Assembly (NCBI GenBank): GCA_030248215.1
Contig: JASANG010003092.1
Span: 682,001-746,000 of the forward strand
DNA length: 64,000 nucleotides
Source of the DNA: Enoplolaimus lenunculus
Lineage: Eukaryota
Direction: 5' to 3'
This document shows positions 40,666 to 53,442 of this stretch, piece by piece. Below the pieces are notes generated by a model. The model saw only the letters and a program-made list of their open reading frames with translations, ran no database searches and was not told the origin of the DNA. Position 1 is the first letter of the stretch; every line of letters begins with the position of its first letter. The position numbers were made by a program, and so were the translations under genes.

Positions 40666-40872
40666 GGCACATGTAAAGATCAAGGGTGCAACGGTTTTCT
40701 GCGGGACTGCAATGGCGTTAAGCTTTAGATATATGTATGCTTACGATTATGCTTCGGCTTAGGCTTAGACTTAGGTACGAAGCTCATTTTTGTGTTTAGG
40801 CGTAGGCTTTTAGGCTTAGACTTAGAAATAAGCTTATACTACTGTTTCGACCCTGTTTTATATATATTGACC
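40666..40872. mobile_element. MITE family A copy
   Basis: ggcacatgtaaagatc...cttaggcttagacttagg...tactactgtttcgaccctg...attgacc. Confidence 0.75.
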
Positions 40873-41795
40873 GTTTATGTTGACACACAAACGAAAAAAT
40901 GTTTATATTGACACACAAACGACAAAAACTTTGCTAAATATAAGAATGTTCTTGACTTCAAACAATAATTTCATGTAATGCCGACAGGGTCACTGGATCA
41001 TGGTCATGCCAGTAGCCAAGAGTGGGCATTGAGGGTGTAGATTCTGTGGTCTATCGGGCAAGAATCGTTTGGCAACTGTTGTACAAGGAATTTATTAATA
41101 TTGAACAACGTCGAGTTTGAGTTTACCACGGACGGTATGGTTTTATTCCCTGGAAGTTTTAGCGTTATGGAATACATAAAAAACAACTCACTTTCCCCAA
41201 TTGCCATATAATGCAGCCATAAAAATCATTAATACTTCTTAAGAACGGTGGTTGAACGACGTGCAAAATTTGAATTTGCTTGCAGTCGGAACCAGGTTGA
41301 AATATATTGACTCTTAGAATATGCAGATCATTGGGATTATTTAAAATAGCATTTCTTCTCTGGCTTTCTCAGTGGACCCGTGCCATAGTTCACTTTTTGG
41401 GGCCCTAGTTTGTCCCCACCTTTCACCCACATACATTTTGGCACCGAAAAAAAGGGTTTAGGTCATAAATATACTTGAATAATTACCAAATTTATTGAAG
41501 CCATTAAATTAATAAACTCCACTTGCGAACAACACGAAAACAAATTGTTTTGGTAAAGCGAACATAAACACATGTTACTGGACGTGCAATACCTTACTAG
41601 CACAAGCTGATCCAGAAAAATTTTTGTCATAAAATGATATGTTACAATTTTTCCACCTCAGAACATTTTAGGGCATATAGCATACAGTAAAAATTGCGTA
41701 TGATAAGTTGCCCAGCTCGCTCCCCTATCAGAAGTTTCTGGATCCGCGGTTGATCATTCACTGCCAATTCCAAACGGGCGGTCGTGGTCCCTCTC

Positions 41796-42110
41796 TTAAC
41801 AATTGTTTCGTTTTCCAGAAAAGTTTTAGACCCGCTGGTATATCATATGGAATGCCTCCATTTTTCGGCTCCCCAACTGGTTACAGGTCTGACTGCCCTA
41901 AAATAACAAGTGACTCTTACGGGTAACGTCGGTGAAAAATTAACAATTGTTTCCTTTTCCAGAGAAGTTTTAGACCCACTTGTATATCAATCATATGGAA
42001 TGCCTCCCTGTACATACGGCAGTTATTCGTGTCTCCAGGTGGATACGGGTTTGACAGCCCAAAAATAATAAGTGACTACTACAGGTAACGTCGATCAAAA
42101 ATTAACTTGT
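41796..42110. repeat. Diverged tandem duplication, unit about 145-160 bp
   Basis: ttaacaattgtttc.ttttccaga.aagttttagaccc...ggtaacgtcg occurs twice. Confidence 0.85.
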
Positions 42111-44371
42111 TCCAGATATGCAAGAACAGCTGCAAAATACTATATTTTGTCGTCGTTCACAAGCGATTATTGCAACATTGAGCAGGTATCAGGTTTCAAC
42201 CAACCTCAAAAATCGCACAATATTGTTTAAATTTTAGTAACTCTTAAAATTAAAAAGGTATAAAACTTTCTCAATAATCAATGAAATAATCATCCGAAAC
42301 CCAACATACAATACAACTACTGTAAGTACACGTTTAACAAAAATTAATTTTATAAGTGAAATACAACGTGCTCAGAAAAAGACTTCAAGTTGCATTAGGA
42401 TTAAGGCTTACGGCTTAGGATGAAAAGAGCAATGTGCATAGTTTATATTCACACATTTTAAAGAAATATACCCGGCAAACCGAATATGAAGGCCACTCAA
42501 AAATATATCCTTAAATTGAACAAAAAACAGCAAAAAAACTTTTGCTGAGCTTAAACTTGAGCCCAAGCCTTACAAATTTAAATATGGCTGTAACCGCACA
42601 AGAACTTATACTTTTATAGTAGTAAAATACAACTTGCAACAGTTAACTCGAAATACCACTTAAAATCCGCCAGAATGTTTTCCTGCTCTGTGTATCGTTT
42701 ACACCATTTTGCTCAATTTGACCCATGAGCGCTGCCAGTATATTGGGTGGGGTGCGGGTGCAAGTAAGGACCAGTGGCGCTGACCTGACCTGATACTGTG
42801 AATGACAAAATTTTGCCTCAAAGTCATTGGGCGTTACCAGAGTTTCGGAAACGGGGTTATGTTGTATAAAAATTTTGAAATGGGGTGGTTTTGAGTTACA
42901 AAATGAAACCATGTCTAAAACGCCCAGTACAACAATCACAACGAGCGGGTTTGACCACTGGACTTCCGCGCTGGTCTACGCCATAAGATAATGTTCAATT
43001 TTATTCGATAAATGTTATACCCCAGTATCAAAATCCCAGAACGGGTTTGACCACAACCCCCTCATCGCTACGCCGTAATGTTCAATTTTTCACTCTATAT
43101 CTACCTATACAACAACTGGTTAGAAAATATCGTGGAGTGTGTCTGTAAGGCAACCCCCTTTGCACATACCTGCTGGTACGCATTACCTCGTTGCATTTGG
43201 CTTCCTTGAGTAAGTCTAGCTATACTTAGCGTCTCAAAGACAGGCGATTAAAAGCAAAAACCAACCGTCTGAACCATATACGGCACCAGTGGTGTACACA
43301 AGCGGAAAGATAGTGGGATATATACCTACGTTGCGGAAATTGTTACAAAATCAAGTAAAGCAGTTTCACTGACTTTCAGCATCCTCTTCTGAATTCTTGA
43401 GGTCTGCAAAAGTTATTCTCGCTCGATACAGTCACTTTCCAAAAAAAACTTTTATATTATAATACACCCTTGTGAAATAAAATACTGGTTTACGGACCCT
43501 CGTGCACGATACCACCGAACAAACACGAAGGCTATAAAGCTGTTCTTGAAACAAGGCATAAAACCACCGCAACCCAAATATAGAACCAGCAACATTCGTC
43601 CAGTGTTAAAATGGCTGAACACAGAAGAACTCTCCTGTTCGCCGTGGGCGTAGCTACAGGATTTCACTTCGACATGGCATTACCCAGGGTCCGTGATGAC
43701 TCTATAGACAAGAGTATGCAATTTCTGCGCTATCGCGTAGTACAAAATGTACCAGCGTGCGTTGCATTTCTGACCGACCTGAAATTCTCTCCGCCTATTT
43801 CTGGGTACATCGTTGCATGTGGTTCAAAATTGATATCTATAAGTTTACACTGTAAGGTTGAGAAAACTAAAAACTCGAAATGTGATTTTTCGTATTACCG
43901 CTATTAAAATAGTTCTCACTGTTCAATCCTCAGCGGCATTTGTCACTAGCCAGCTGAATGCTATTTTAGTGAAACGTACTATTAACTGATCCGTAGCCAA
44001 AGGTGGCCAACGGGAATCAGCAAACCTGGAAAATTTTAGCCCACCAAGAAATTTTTAACCCCCTTGCGTGTAAGTCATTGAAAAGCCTTGTATGCCACTC
44101 ATGAAAAATTTCTATCCACCTTAAGCAAGGTAAACTGGCTATGGGCCTGACGATTAGCAATGATATTTGCCCGTAAAATTGGAAAATAGACATAGAAAGA
44201 AAAACAAGGAACTCAGAAAAAATCCTGCCCGATGCAATTTATTTCAGAAACTTTAATGTTTATGAGTCCCACAGAATCTTTGCTATACGCATGAATTTCA
44301 ACTGTATTTGAAAGTTGTTGTTACATTTGAAAATTTTGGAACTAAAATGTATTTCTGCGAAGTACACAGAG

Positions 44372-44484
<113 letters not shown>

Positions 44485-46552
44485 ACAGTAGTATAATTAT
44501 CTTCCTAAGCCTAAACCAAAGCTTATGCGCAATAATGAGCGTAGACCTAAGCCTAAGCTTTTGCCTTAGCAAAAAAGAAAGTCTAAAGCCTAAGCTTATG
44601 CCTTAGCAAAACAGAAAGTCTAAAGCCTAAGCTCACTCTATTGTAGTCCCGAATAAAACGTTCCTTACATGAGCCGAATGTGTAATGGGTGCAAAGTTCT
44701 TTCAAACAACAGTTGGAACAAAATGATAACTTGATAAGTTGATAGTTGGGTGCTTAAAGTAAATCTTGTAAGTCAAACAGGTACACTTCCTGTGTCCTGA
44801 TGAGAACTGGGTTCACTGCATGCGCTCGTTGAGGAAGTTGCGACTTGCACACGGAGACTAGGGCCCGTATTTTCAAATGTGTGTAGTGCCTATTACTAGT
44901 TGGTGACCAGTTTTGTTACTTTAGAACCAGCGAATTCTGAGGCTTAAAATTGGGCACAGTTTTCGCATTGATATTGCTCTACTCCTGTACTTATGTTGAG
45001 TTAACTGCAATAGTTTGCGAGTGTAAAAACCAGTTACTAACTGATGATAGTTGCTATACACGTTTGAGAATGTCGACCAAGGCCGCACTTGTTACATAAT
45101 GGCTTCCATTGTAATTGTACTTGCAATGTGAGTACAATAAGCGGAAATTGTTGATATCTTAACGCAAACCGTGTAAATTTGTACGTATGGCACAAAATTG
45201 AAATTTTGTACCGCAGTCAATTTACCGATTTTACGCCTAAATTAATTCTGACGGGGGGGTGCACCAACTGGCCTCTGTAAGCAATCAAATACACAACGGT
45301 TTTGAGACGAAAATTTCAAAAAATGAAACTGCCTTGCCAGTTTTATAGTACCAGGGTTGAACGAAGTAGCATCAGTTGCAGGCGTTAGCTAAGCTAACAG
45401 CAAGTAAACCGGTATTGGCCCGTGTTACTTTTAGGTCCGCCGCGTTTTGTGGTGGGACTGCTAAAGAGTAGGTTGAGATTTTAGACTATATTTCTTGCGT
45501 AGGTTAAACGCTCTGGTTTGTACTTTTTCTAACGCTTAGTCTTAGGCTTATCCAGGCTATATGTTCAATCGAAAATTACGGCTCTTATACTAACATTGTG
45601 CGCTTTATTGTTAAAGCGTACGCTGTTCGTATGGATTCTGACAAGTCAAAATGTGATGCATTTTACTACACAGACGTGTTCTAAATCCAAAACGTTTTAC
45701 TGTAGCATTTAAAGCAAATTGAAATGTAAAACGCAATCCAGCATGACTTGCCGCTATCAAAGGCCTGTAAGAATATTTACCTTTTCCGAAGAGTACTGCG
45801 GTGCGCGTTGGCGGGTTTACTTAATATAGAAACAGGATTTAAACAATAAAAAAATTGCATACTTAAATATAAAAAATTAAAAAATACGACTAGATTATGT
45901 CTACAAGTCAAAATATGAGCGAAAAATGGCTGTATGTCTGTAAAAAAATCATGTGCTACACAGAGTTGTCGTCACTGCAGGGGTTAACGTCTTTGTTAGG
46001 ATGGTGCTACACTCGTCAAGTGGCGGCTGGAGCAATACCAGGCTCGGTAGCAAGTTCACCTTTCTAGGGGGGCAGGCTTCTAGCCAGCTCACCTTGCTAG
46101 GGGGGCTAAAAATTTTTCAGGAGGGGCATTCAAAGGTTTTCAATGAGTTATAAGCAGGGTTGAAAAGTTTCTAGAGGGCCAAAATTATTCCAGGGGGGGC
46201 CGAGGCCCCCTAACTCTCTTCTTGGCTACGGGCTCGCAAGGGGGTAAAAATTTTTCAGGAGGAGCATACAAGGATTTTCGTTTACTTACAAGCAGGGTTG
46301 AAAATTTTCTATGTGAGCCAATGTTTTTCCAGACGGTGCCGGATGGTTCAAGACAGCATTAAAATAGAGAAAAAGTATAAAGCCACCCGTATTTGGATTT
46401 GTAACCTAGCAGGCCATTCTAACAGTTAATTGAAAATCAATCATTCAACCACTTCGACATTTGTAAAGGACCGGGCCTGTATTTAATGACATTGTTGAAA
46501 TAGGCAAATGAACTTCAGCTGCCAAATAATTACTTAGCTACACAGGAATTTT

Positions 46553-46735
46553 GGCCCACGTTACTTTAAGGGGCGTCCAGGTTTCGGATGGGTCTATAAA
46601 AGAGTAGGTTTAGATTCGAGATTACATTTTTTGCTTAGGCTTAGGATTAGGAACTCATTTTTGCAACGCTTAGGTTTTGATTTAGGCTTAGGAATACGCT
46701 TAATCTACTGTTTACACCCTTGATGGAACATTGGC
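46553..46735. mobile_element. MITE subfamily A' (TIR GGCCCATGTTAC) with TTAGGC-like core
   Basis: Homologous to 11684-11867 and 25529-25742 (both inverted), 45417-45601, and a partial copy at about 23300-23352. Confidence 0.75.
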
Positions 46736-47148
46736 TGGATTTTTAAAGCAAAAAGTGACACAGAACAAAAGTTATTTTTGCCGCAAAATACAAGGTAAAA
46801 GATTTCAAACGAATTCAATGTTTTGTGAGCAGCGTAAATATTTAAACTAGTTTAACATAATTTTCGCAGCACAACATTTATTTTTTGAGGGGGTCAGTAC
46901 AATTCTGGTCAATGATACTTTGAGGGGCGTAACATCAACGAAAAAATCGAAGAACGTCGAAAAGATGTTTGACTGCTTTTCACCCGTGGTCACGCCTAGC
47001 TAATTCACAGCTTGTAGACTAAAACTAATTCACGGCATAGGCATACCCTTAGTATCAGTGTCCCCCTTAGGGTTACGCTTATGTTGGTATTAGAAGGTTA
47101 TCCTTTAGTGTTCTTGCCCTTCCCCTATTACATAGCAATACTATTTAC

Positions 47149-50100
47149 CTCTTGACGAATCTTTTTTGCTTCAGGCATCTGATCCGCGAACGATACCCCT
47201 ACTGTTCGAATTCCATGTTGTGACTGAGATCTTCTTGCGCTGGTTGATCTGCCGCCATTGCTTCTGCAACTGTAACTTCGTCGACCACCCGTCCTGAAAT
47301 CAACCGTAATCGTTTTGTATTCGTAGTATTTTGAATCTCCAGTTTTCAGGCAAGATTTTAATGGTGGTTCAGATGCGGAAGTTGTGTTTTTGATGCAATC
47401 CGAAGGAGTGACGTCATCGTAGTTTTCCAGACTTGCATTGGTCACGTGACGATCAGCCGATATTCCTCGTGTGTTGCAGAAGCGGTGTCTGGACGACGAT
47501 AGCATAAGTGAATTTGCTCGTCCAGATAGACGTGATGTTGGCGTAGGTTTGCTCGGCTCTTCGCTAGACATGTTGGCAATAAAATTCTGCAGTCCCAGTT
47601 GTTTGTTTTGAGTGTTTTGAGTTCCAACTACAGCATTTTGACCGACATAATTTAGGTTGTAGGTTGTTGTCTTCGGCTTGCAATTCTGATAGGTGACAAT
47701 ATTCGAATTAGTCTGATCGTTACACAGCGGTATGTTCTCTAGATTTTTATCCGCTAATATTTCTTTTGTAGCTGTTTTATTTTTACATCGAAAGTTGTCG
47801 ATTGCCTTTTGGTTTTTGATTTTCTCAACAGGATTTGGATATTTTTGGTCGACTGCTACCGTTTTGTGATCAACAGCAACACAGTTTTCGTTCATATCGT
47901 CGACGGCTGCTGGTTGTTTCTTCAGTGACCAATTATCGTCCAGATCGGATCCTCCTATGCAAATTGTTGTGATATATGCTTTCGAAGCTCCTACACCTTT
48001 TTTCGAATGCTCACGAATTGTATTCGCTTGCTTTTCTTGGCTTTGATGGCGACAACTCGCTTTGCCATTCGAATCTAAATGCGGTATGTTAACTGTTTGT
48101 CGAAAATTCACTGAACTGAATTTACCAGCTGTTCCATTTTGAGAACTCAACGTTGGATTTCTAGCTCTTGCAGGAATATTTTCGTACGGTTTGTCAATCA
48201 GATTTCCACAGCTTTTCTCAAGGCTGCTTTCATGTATTTCTTGAGCTGACTGTGATGTTGAATTGTTGGCAGGGTTCAATAAGGCATTTGACTGTGCATT
48301 TTTCTCAACTTTTTCTTCAATTTCACAAAGGTCACCGCCGTTCGTACAGCCAGCTATGGTTAACGGTAGATCGCATGTGTCGTGCATTTTGCTATAATCG
48401 TCAAAAAATTTCGCAAATATTGACATATTTTCCGGACTACTAGGCTTGATACCTGCCAAATGGGACTGAGATGCTCGGTGTTCAAGTTCAGCGAGTCGTT
48501 CAGAAATTGCATCTTCCAAATTTGCAAGTCTTCCAATTGTTGCAGGTTGTCCCTGGTGAGCGCTTCCTGAATGCTCGGCAATCTTAACCCCTGTCGTAGC
48601 CTTATTGTGCGCTTGGGAGATGTTTTTGTGCCTTTCGCAGAAATCTGATTCCTGTTGCACTGGATCTTTGCCTGAAATCCATTCCGAAACAGAACCAATT
48701 GAGTTACTCGATTGATTTTCCGCCTGCCACATCGCGTCTTTCATCTTGGCATCTTCCTGATACCTGTTACCAGCATCTTTGGAGATTAATTCGACGTTTT
48801 CGTACGTGGAATCCAAAATCGGATCGTAGACGTTGGTTGGAAAGTGATTTGATTTATTTTTGGTCTCCGTATTCGAACCGTTTAGGTATTCAGGCTTATC
48901 CGAACACTTTGAAGCTCCAAGATTGACAGCTGCATTGAGTTCCTCTGATTTCTCGCTATATTTGTCGCTCAAAATTGTTTCTGCAGGATTTACATTTCTT
49001 TCTGACATAATTTCTGTCAAATGTCTTATATTTTTCATCTTTCTAGTTCCAATAAGCCTATCATCACCAGATAAGCGTCTTCCAGGAATCGAAACGTAAG
49101 ATCCAGAATCTTCTGTTGAATTTGACCTTGATTTTTTGCCATATTTCTCGGCTAAATGGGTTTCTTTAATATTAGCATTTCCTTCTGAGACAGTTACGGC
49201 CAAATCTTTTATCTCCTCACCCGTTTTTGTACCAGTAATAGCTTTATCATCAAAAGATGTGGGCTTTCCTGACATTGAAACGGAAGTTTCGGAATATTCT
49301 ATGCCACTTTCCCTTGATTTCACTTTATATTTGTCATCCGAATTTGTACCATTATTCGACTTTCGTTCTGAGGCAAGGTTTGCCAAATGTTTTATCTTCT
49401 CATCCGTCCTGATACCAGTAGACACCTTCTCATCACCATATGTGGGCTTTCCAGGCAGCATAGTGTAGGATTCCAAACCAGCTATAGACTGACCACCTTC
49501 CGAGGACTTTGCCGAACTCTTTCCACTCAAGGACGAGTTGATATCGCTTGAACAGTCGTCATTTTCGTTTCCGGAATCGGTTGAAATGGTGTAATTTTCA
49601 ACATCACTCGCTTCAATTAAATGCATCGGAATTACGGACCGTTGTCCAGGCCGGTTATAGTCTTCCAGGATTCTTAAACGGCCTTTTCTACAGTTGCTGG
49701 TTACGTCTGCGCTGTGGCTTGCTTGCGACGTCTGGCAATTAATGTAAGATGCTTGAGGGGTGGAATAATTAACGCGAACGCCGTCAGTGCTAGAATTTTG
49801 GCTCTGGAAACAAGATTTAAACTGTTCTATTGTGTTAGTTTGCTCGGAGTTCAACTTCGGTGTATTAACAATGAGCTTTTCGTTTGTTGCTTCTGATTGG
49901 CTGAAATTTGAGTCAAATTTTGAGTCTAGTCCAGCGATATTTTTCGAGCTGCTAGGGTTATGACACTCATACTGCGCTGCGTTCGCAATGTCACTCACAG
50001 CTAACGAGCGTTTCTGTGGTGTTAGTCGATTAGCTAAGTAGTCAATTGACGAGTTACTATCGGTTAAAATTGGTTTGGTTTTAGAATTTGAATTTGAAGT

Positions 50101-50774
50101 TTGTAAGCTTTGGCAGCAAATTTCGCGAGTAAGTTTAGCTTTGTCGCAAGATTTCGATTTTCGAGTAGGTTTCGATGGGACACAAAGGACAGATACATTT
50201 GTGCGGACAGAGTGCCTCGGTTCACGAAGTAAGTGAGCGTCTTGACTTTGTAGATTTGAAGGGGATTGGTAGTTGCTGGTTGCCCTCATAGAAGCGAATA
50301 GTTGTGATGTTCGCGTCGCAATAAGACCGTTTTTCTTCACGTTTCTAGTTCGAAATCCTATAACATCTGACGGCTTTGCCAAAATTGAATTTTCTTGGCA
50401 AATGGTAGGGTGGGCAACACAGCCACTGTGCCTTGTATGCGTATTCCGTGAAAAATGACCCTTTACCATGTGTTCGTCTGTAGAATACCGATTAGATTTG
50501 TTGCTGGTATGCGGATAATTGTATCCTCGGCTTAAAATATAATTTTGTGAGTTATCATTGTTTGTCGTCGTTTTTTGAGCGGTTTGTAATTTTGAATTAG
50601 GGTTTAAACCCTCATAGTCATGTTTGGAAGGCAGTCTACGATTTTGTTGATCTCTTAATGGCCGAACTGAGTAATTTCTATGCCGGTGAAATGGTATGTA
50701 GAAATCATCAATGTCCCACAGTGTTTCGTAGACGTTGTCGCTGTTGCTGCTGTTGTTGGTGGTGGCGTCGGTGG

Positions 50775-50806
<32 letters not shown>

Positions 50807-51092
50807 TTGTTTTTGTTGTTGTAGTTGTCGTTTTTGCTTTTGTTATTATTATCATTATTAATATTATGATTATTAATTTTATTATTATTATTATTATTAT
50901 TATTGTTATTATTATTATTATTGCTGTGAATCGGTTCATAGTCTGTATTATTTATATATACCGAGCCGATGTCAGGGTAAAGATCAACCGTGGCCGCGGC
51001 AACTTGAACATAACTTTGTGGAGTGTCACATGATTTGGAGCGATGATACTTATATACAAGAGGTCGAGCCAACGGTTCTTCTCGTGAATCGC
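47149..51092 (-). CDS. Shroom: Giant (3944 nt) exon encoding an N/S/K-rich, probably disordered region of the Shroom-family protein
   Basis: Lies within the 1359-aa ORF. Acceptor aatattttcag|GC (51093, phase 1), donor GAG|gtaaat (47148, phase 0). Coding status is strong; linkage to the SD2 exons is inferred from phase continuity. Confidence 0.75.
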
Positions 51093-51313
51093 CTGAAAAT
51101 ATTAAGAAAGGAACGTAGCTAATTGAACCAGAACGGGACCGGCGCATGTCGTACTCGGTCGAACTGCACCAAATGCCAATTAAAATCCGCGAAAAGTATA
51201 CAGCCATCTAAGCCACAATTACCAATATAAGATTCGTGGAAAAAAGCTGTTCAGTATAAATACACCAACGGAACGAGTTCAATGGTACAGTACGAGTATA
51301 TGGCAATTCATCG

Positions 51314-51487
51314 CCCGACACTTTGTCGCCCAACAATGTCCCAAGGGCATTGAACAAGCATAATCTTAAGTGTAATCCTAAGCCTAATCCTAAGCATAAT
51401 GATGGTCGACGAATTATTGATTTGATGAAATTTTGAATTACAAGTTGTTGGTCGACGAGTTGTCGTGCGATGAATTGTCGTGACGCA
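51314..51487. mobile_element. Dispersed repeat with TTGTCG motifs and CCTAAG-like repeats
   Basis: Clear homology to 8221-8350 (gcataatg.tg.t..gcgac...gatgaaattt.gaattacaagttgt...gacgagt.gtcg). Confidence 0.65.
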
Positions 51488-51531
51488 CAACTCTGAAAAA
51501 TGAGAATTGCAACAAAACTTGCGAAACATAC

Positions 51532-51741
51532 TGATACAGTTCTTTCTTGCGTTTCGGCTAAAAGGATCAACATCAGTTGAAGATTGAGTTGTTTCTGAAC
51601 GACAACATTCGGATCGACGTGGATTTTCAGCTAAATGCGTCCGAAGAATGTTATTCGTTTGTTGTTTGCATACATTATTTGCATAAATACGTTGAGTGAC
51701 ACTACGCAATATTGGCGACATTGTGTTTCCAGCGTTTATTC
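51532..51741 (-). CDS. Shroom: Internal exon of the same gene (INAGNTMSPILRSVTQRIYANN...KNCI)
   Basis: Acceptor ttttttcag|G (51742), donor ATCA|gtatgt (51531). 210 nt, phase 1-1; overlaps ORF 51308..51721. Confidence 0.75.
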
Positions 51742-51893
51742 CTGAAAAAATAGCATTAATTGTTCAAAAACGAAGCTCATGGTGTCGACAACGGGCAAAA
51801 GTAACTGAGCTGACGTTTTATAATGGACCCATGCAAAGTTTACGTTACACGAATTACCTACACACACAACCTACACTATACCGTGAATAACTA

Positions 51894-52079
51894 GGCCAAC
51901 GTAAAGATCAGGAGCGGAACATATTTCTGCGGACTGCAATAGAATAAGTTTAAGATTTAGACTAATTTTTTTTTGCTTTGGCTTAAGTTTAGGTTTAGGT
52001 ATAAACTCATTCTTACGCTTATACTTAGACTTAAAAATATGCTTATACTACTGTGATGGCTCGGTTCTATACATTGACC
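51894..52079. mobile_element. MITE family A copy
   Basis: ggccaacgtaaagatcaggagcggaac...tttaggtttagg...tatacattgacc. Confidence 0.75.
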
Positions 52080-52817
52080 ACTAACTACGTATTCCTATAA
52101 AATACTAACAAAAGCTGGTTTTTCTCGCTTTCCTACAGCCAAGGATTCTTTTCCTTGACGCTTCTAATAAGCGTTTGAGATATTTGGTCAATGCCAGATG
52201 CCATTAGATAGTTCTAAGTTTAAAACTTAGACTTAGTGCCGCCTATCCACGCATTTATAAACTTTACGCAGTGTTTATTAACAGTGAAGCGTTACTTTTT
52301 TGCCCCCTCCATACGCACACCAGGATAAGGCAAAAGTCTACCCACAGTGTTTAATAAGATTATCTTGTCACATGCTTGGTATTAGCATCAGATTAAGCTT
52401 AGGTTTAGGCCTAAGCATATGCTGATTCTTAGGTTTAGGTTCAGGTTTGTTTATGTGTACGGGAACTTTATTTAGAGGAAAGTAGTACCAAAAAAACAGT
52501 GTAGTTGTATCTTTATTTCGTCATAACCATAAATACCGTTTGAAAAGTAACAATCTTCTTAAAAAATCGTTTTGGTTACTATGAGGCCGAGGTAACCGAT
52601 GGTCAGTAGGCAAGTGGGGCAGGGACAGCTTAGTCCGTCTGGATAAATTTTGCCCTCCCACTAGAAAATTTGTAACCTTGCTTGTAAGTCATCGAAAATT
52701 TTTGTAAGACCAAGGTGAGCTGGTCACGGGTCCGGACAACCATTGTCTCTTCTAACCTGCTAAACTGCGTACAATACAATAGTCTGAACCTGAAATATAC
52801 TCAGATTATAAGCTTAC

Positions 52818-53442
52818 CATTCATTGAAACATCATTAATATTGTTATACAACAATGGCATTGTAAACAGTTTCGGTGGATGCTTTGGTACTGGAGACTTG
52901 GGAATCGGTGGTGGGTGATCACAAGTTATTCTTTTTGAATCTCTTGATCTTTGGCCAGCGGTTGTATCTTTTGATGTGTATGAACGTAGCTGAAAGCTGC
53001 CAATACACAAACACTTGGATTCCCCATACGGCTGTTGGTTATTATTCGTGCTAATGATGCTTGATAAACTTTCGTAAATATGAAGATCCGAAATACTTCG
53101 CTTTAAAGTTCGATCGATGCTATTGCAGTCGTTTTGTAAACTATAAGCTTCACAAGCGTTGTTGTCAAATGCAAACGGGTGTAGTTGCCGGATGTACGCT
53201 AGCAAAATAGGGATCGGTTCTGCTGAGGTTTGACAAGTTGCTAATGCAGTCTTTTCACGCAATGGACCCGCGATTTCAGTCTCAAGTAGTATCCTAAAAA
53301 TTATTATCCTTATACTTTGCGTCCGCGTCGAAGCGTTGAAGGCGTCGGATACTATCAATAGGGATCTGTTTGACCTTAATAGTTCTTCATCCGCAAGTGC
53401 CCTGCTCAAAGACGTTTTGACACTCTTGGTTTTAGGTTGCCC
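52818..53442 (-). CDS. Shroom: Most 5' well-supported exon of the same gene, containing Pro-rich HPPPIPKSPVPKHPPK
   Basis: Overlaps ORF 52801..53409. Acceptor aaactttag|GGG (53443, phase 0), donor ATG|gtaagc (52817, phase 1). The 5' boundary is less certain than the 3'. Confidence 0.65.

Noticed and set aside
51093..51207. N-terminus of the 1359-aa ORF as a real start
   Set aside because: A strong ttttcag acceptor at 51093 and a phase-matched upstream exon indicate this part is intron.
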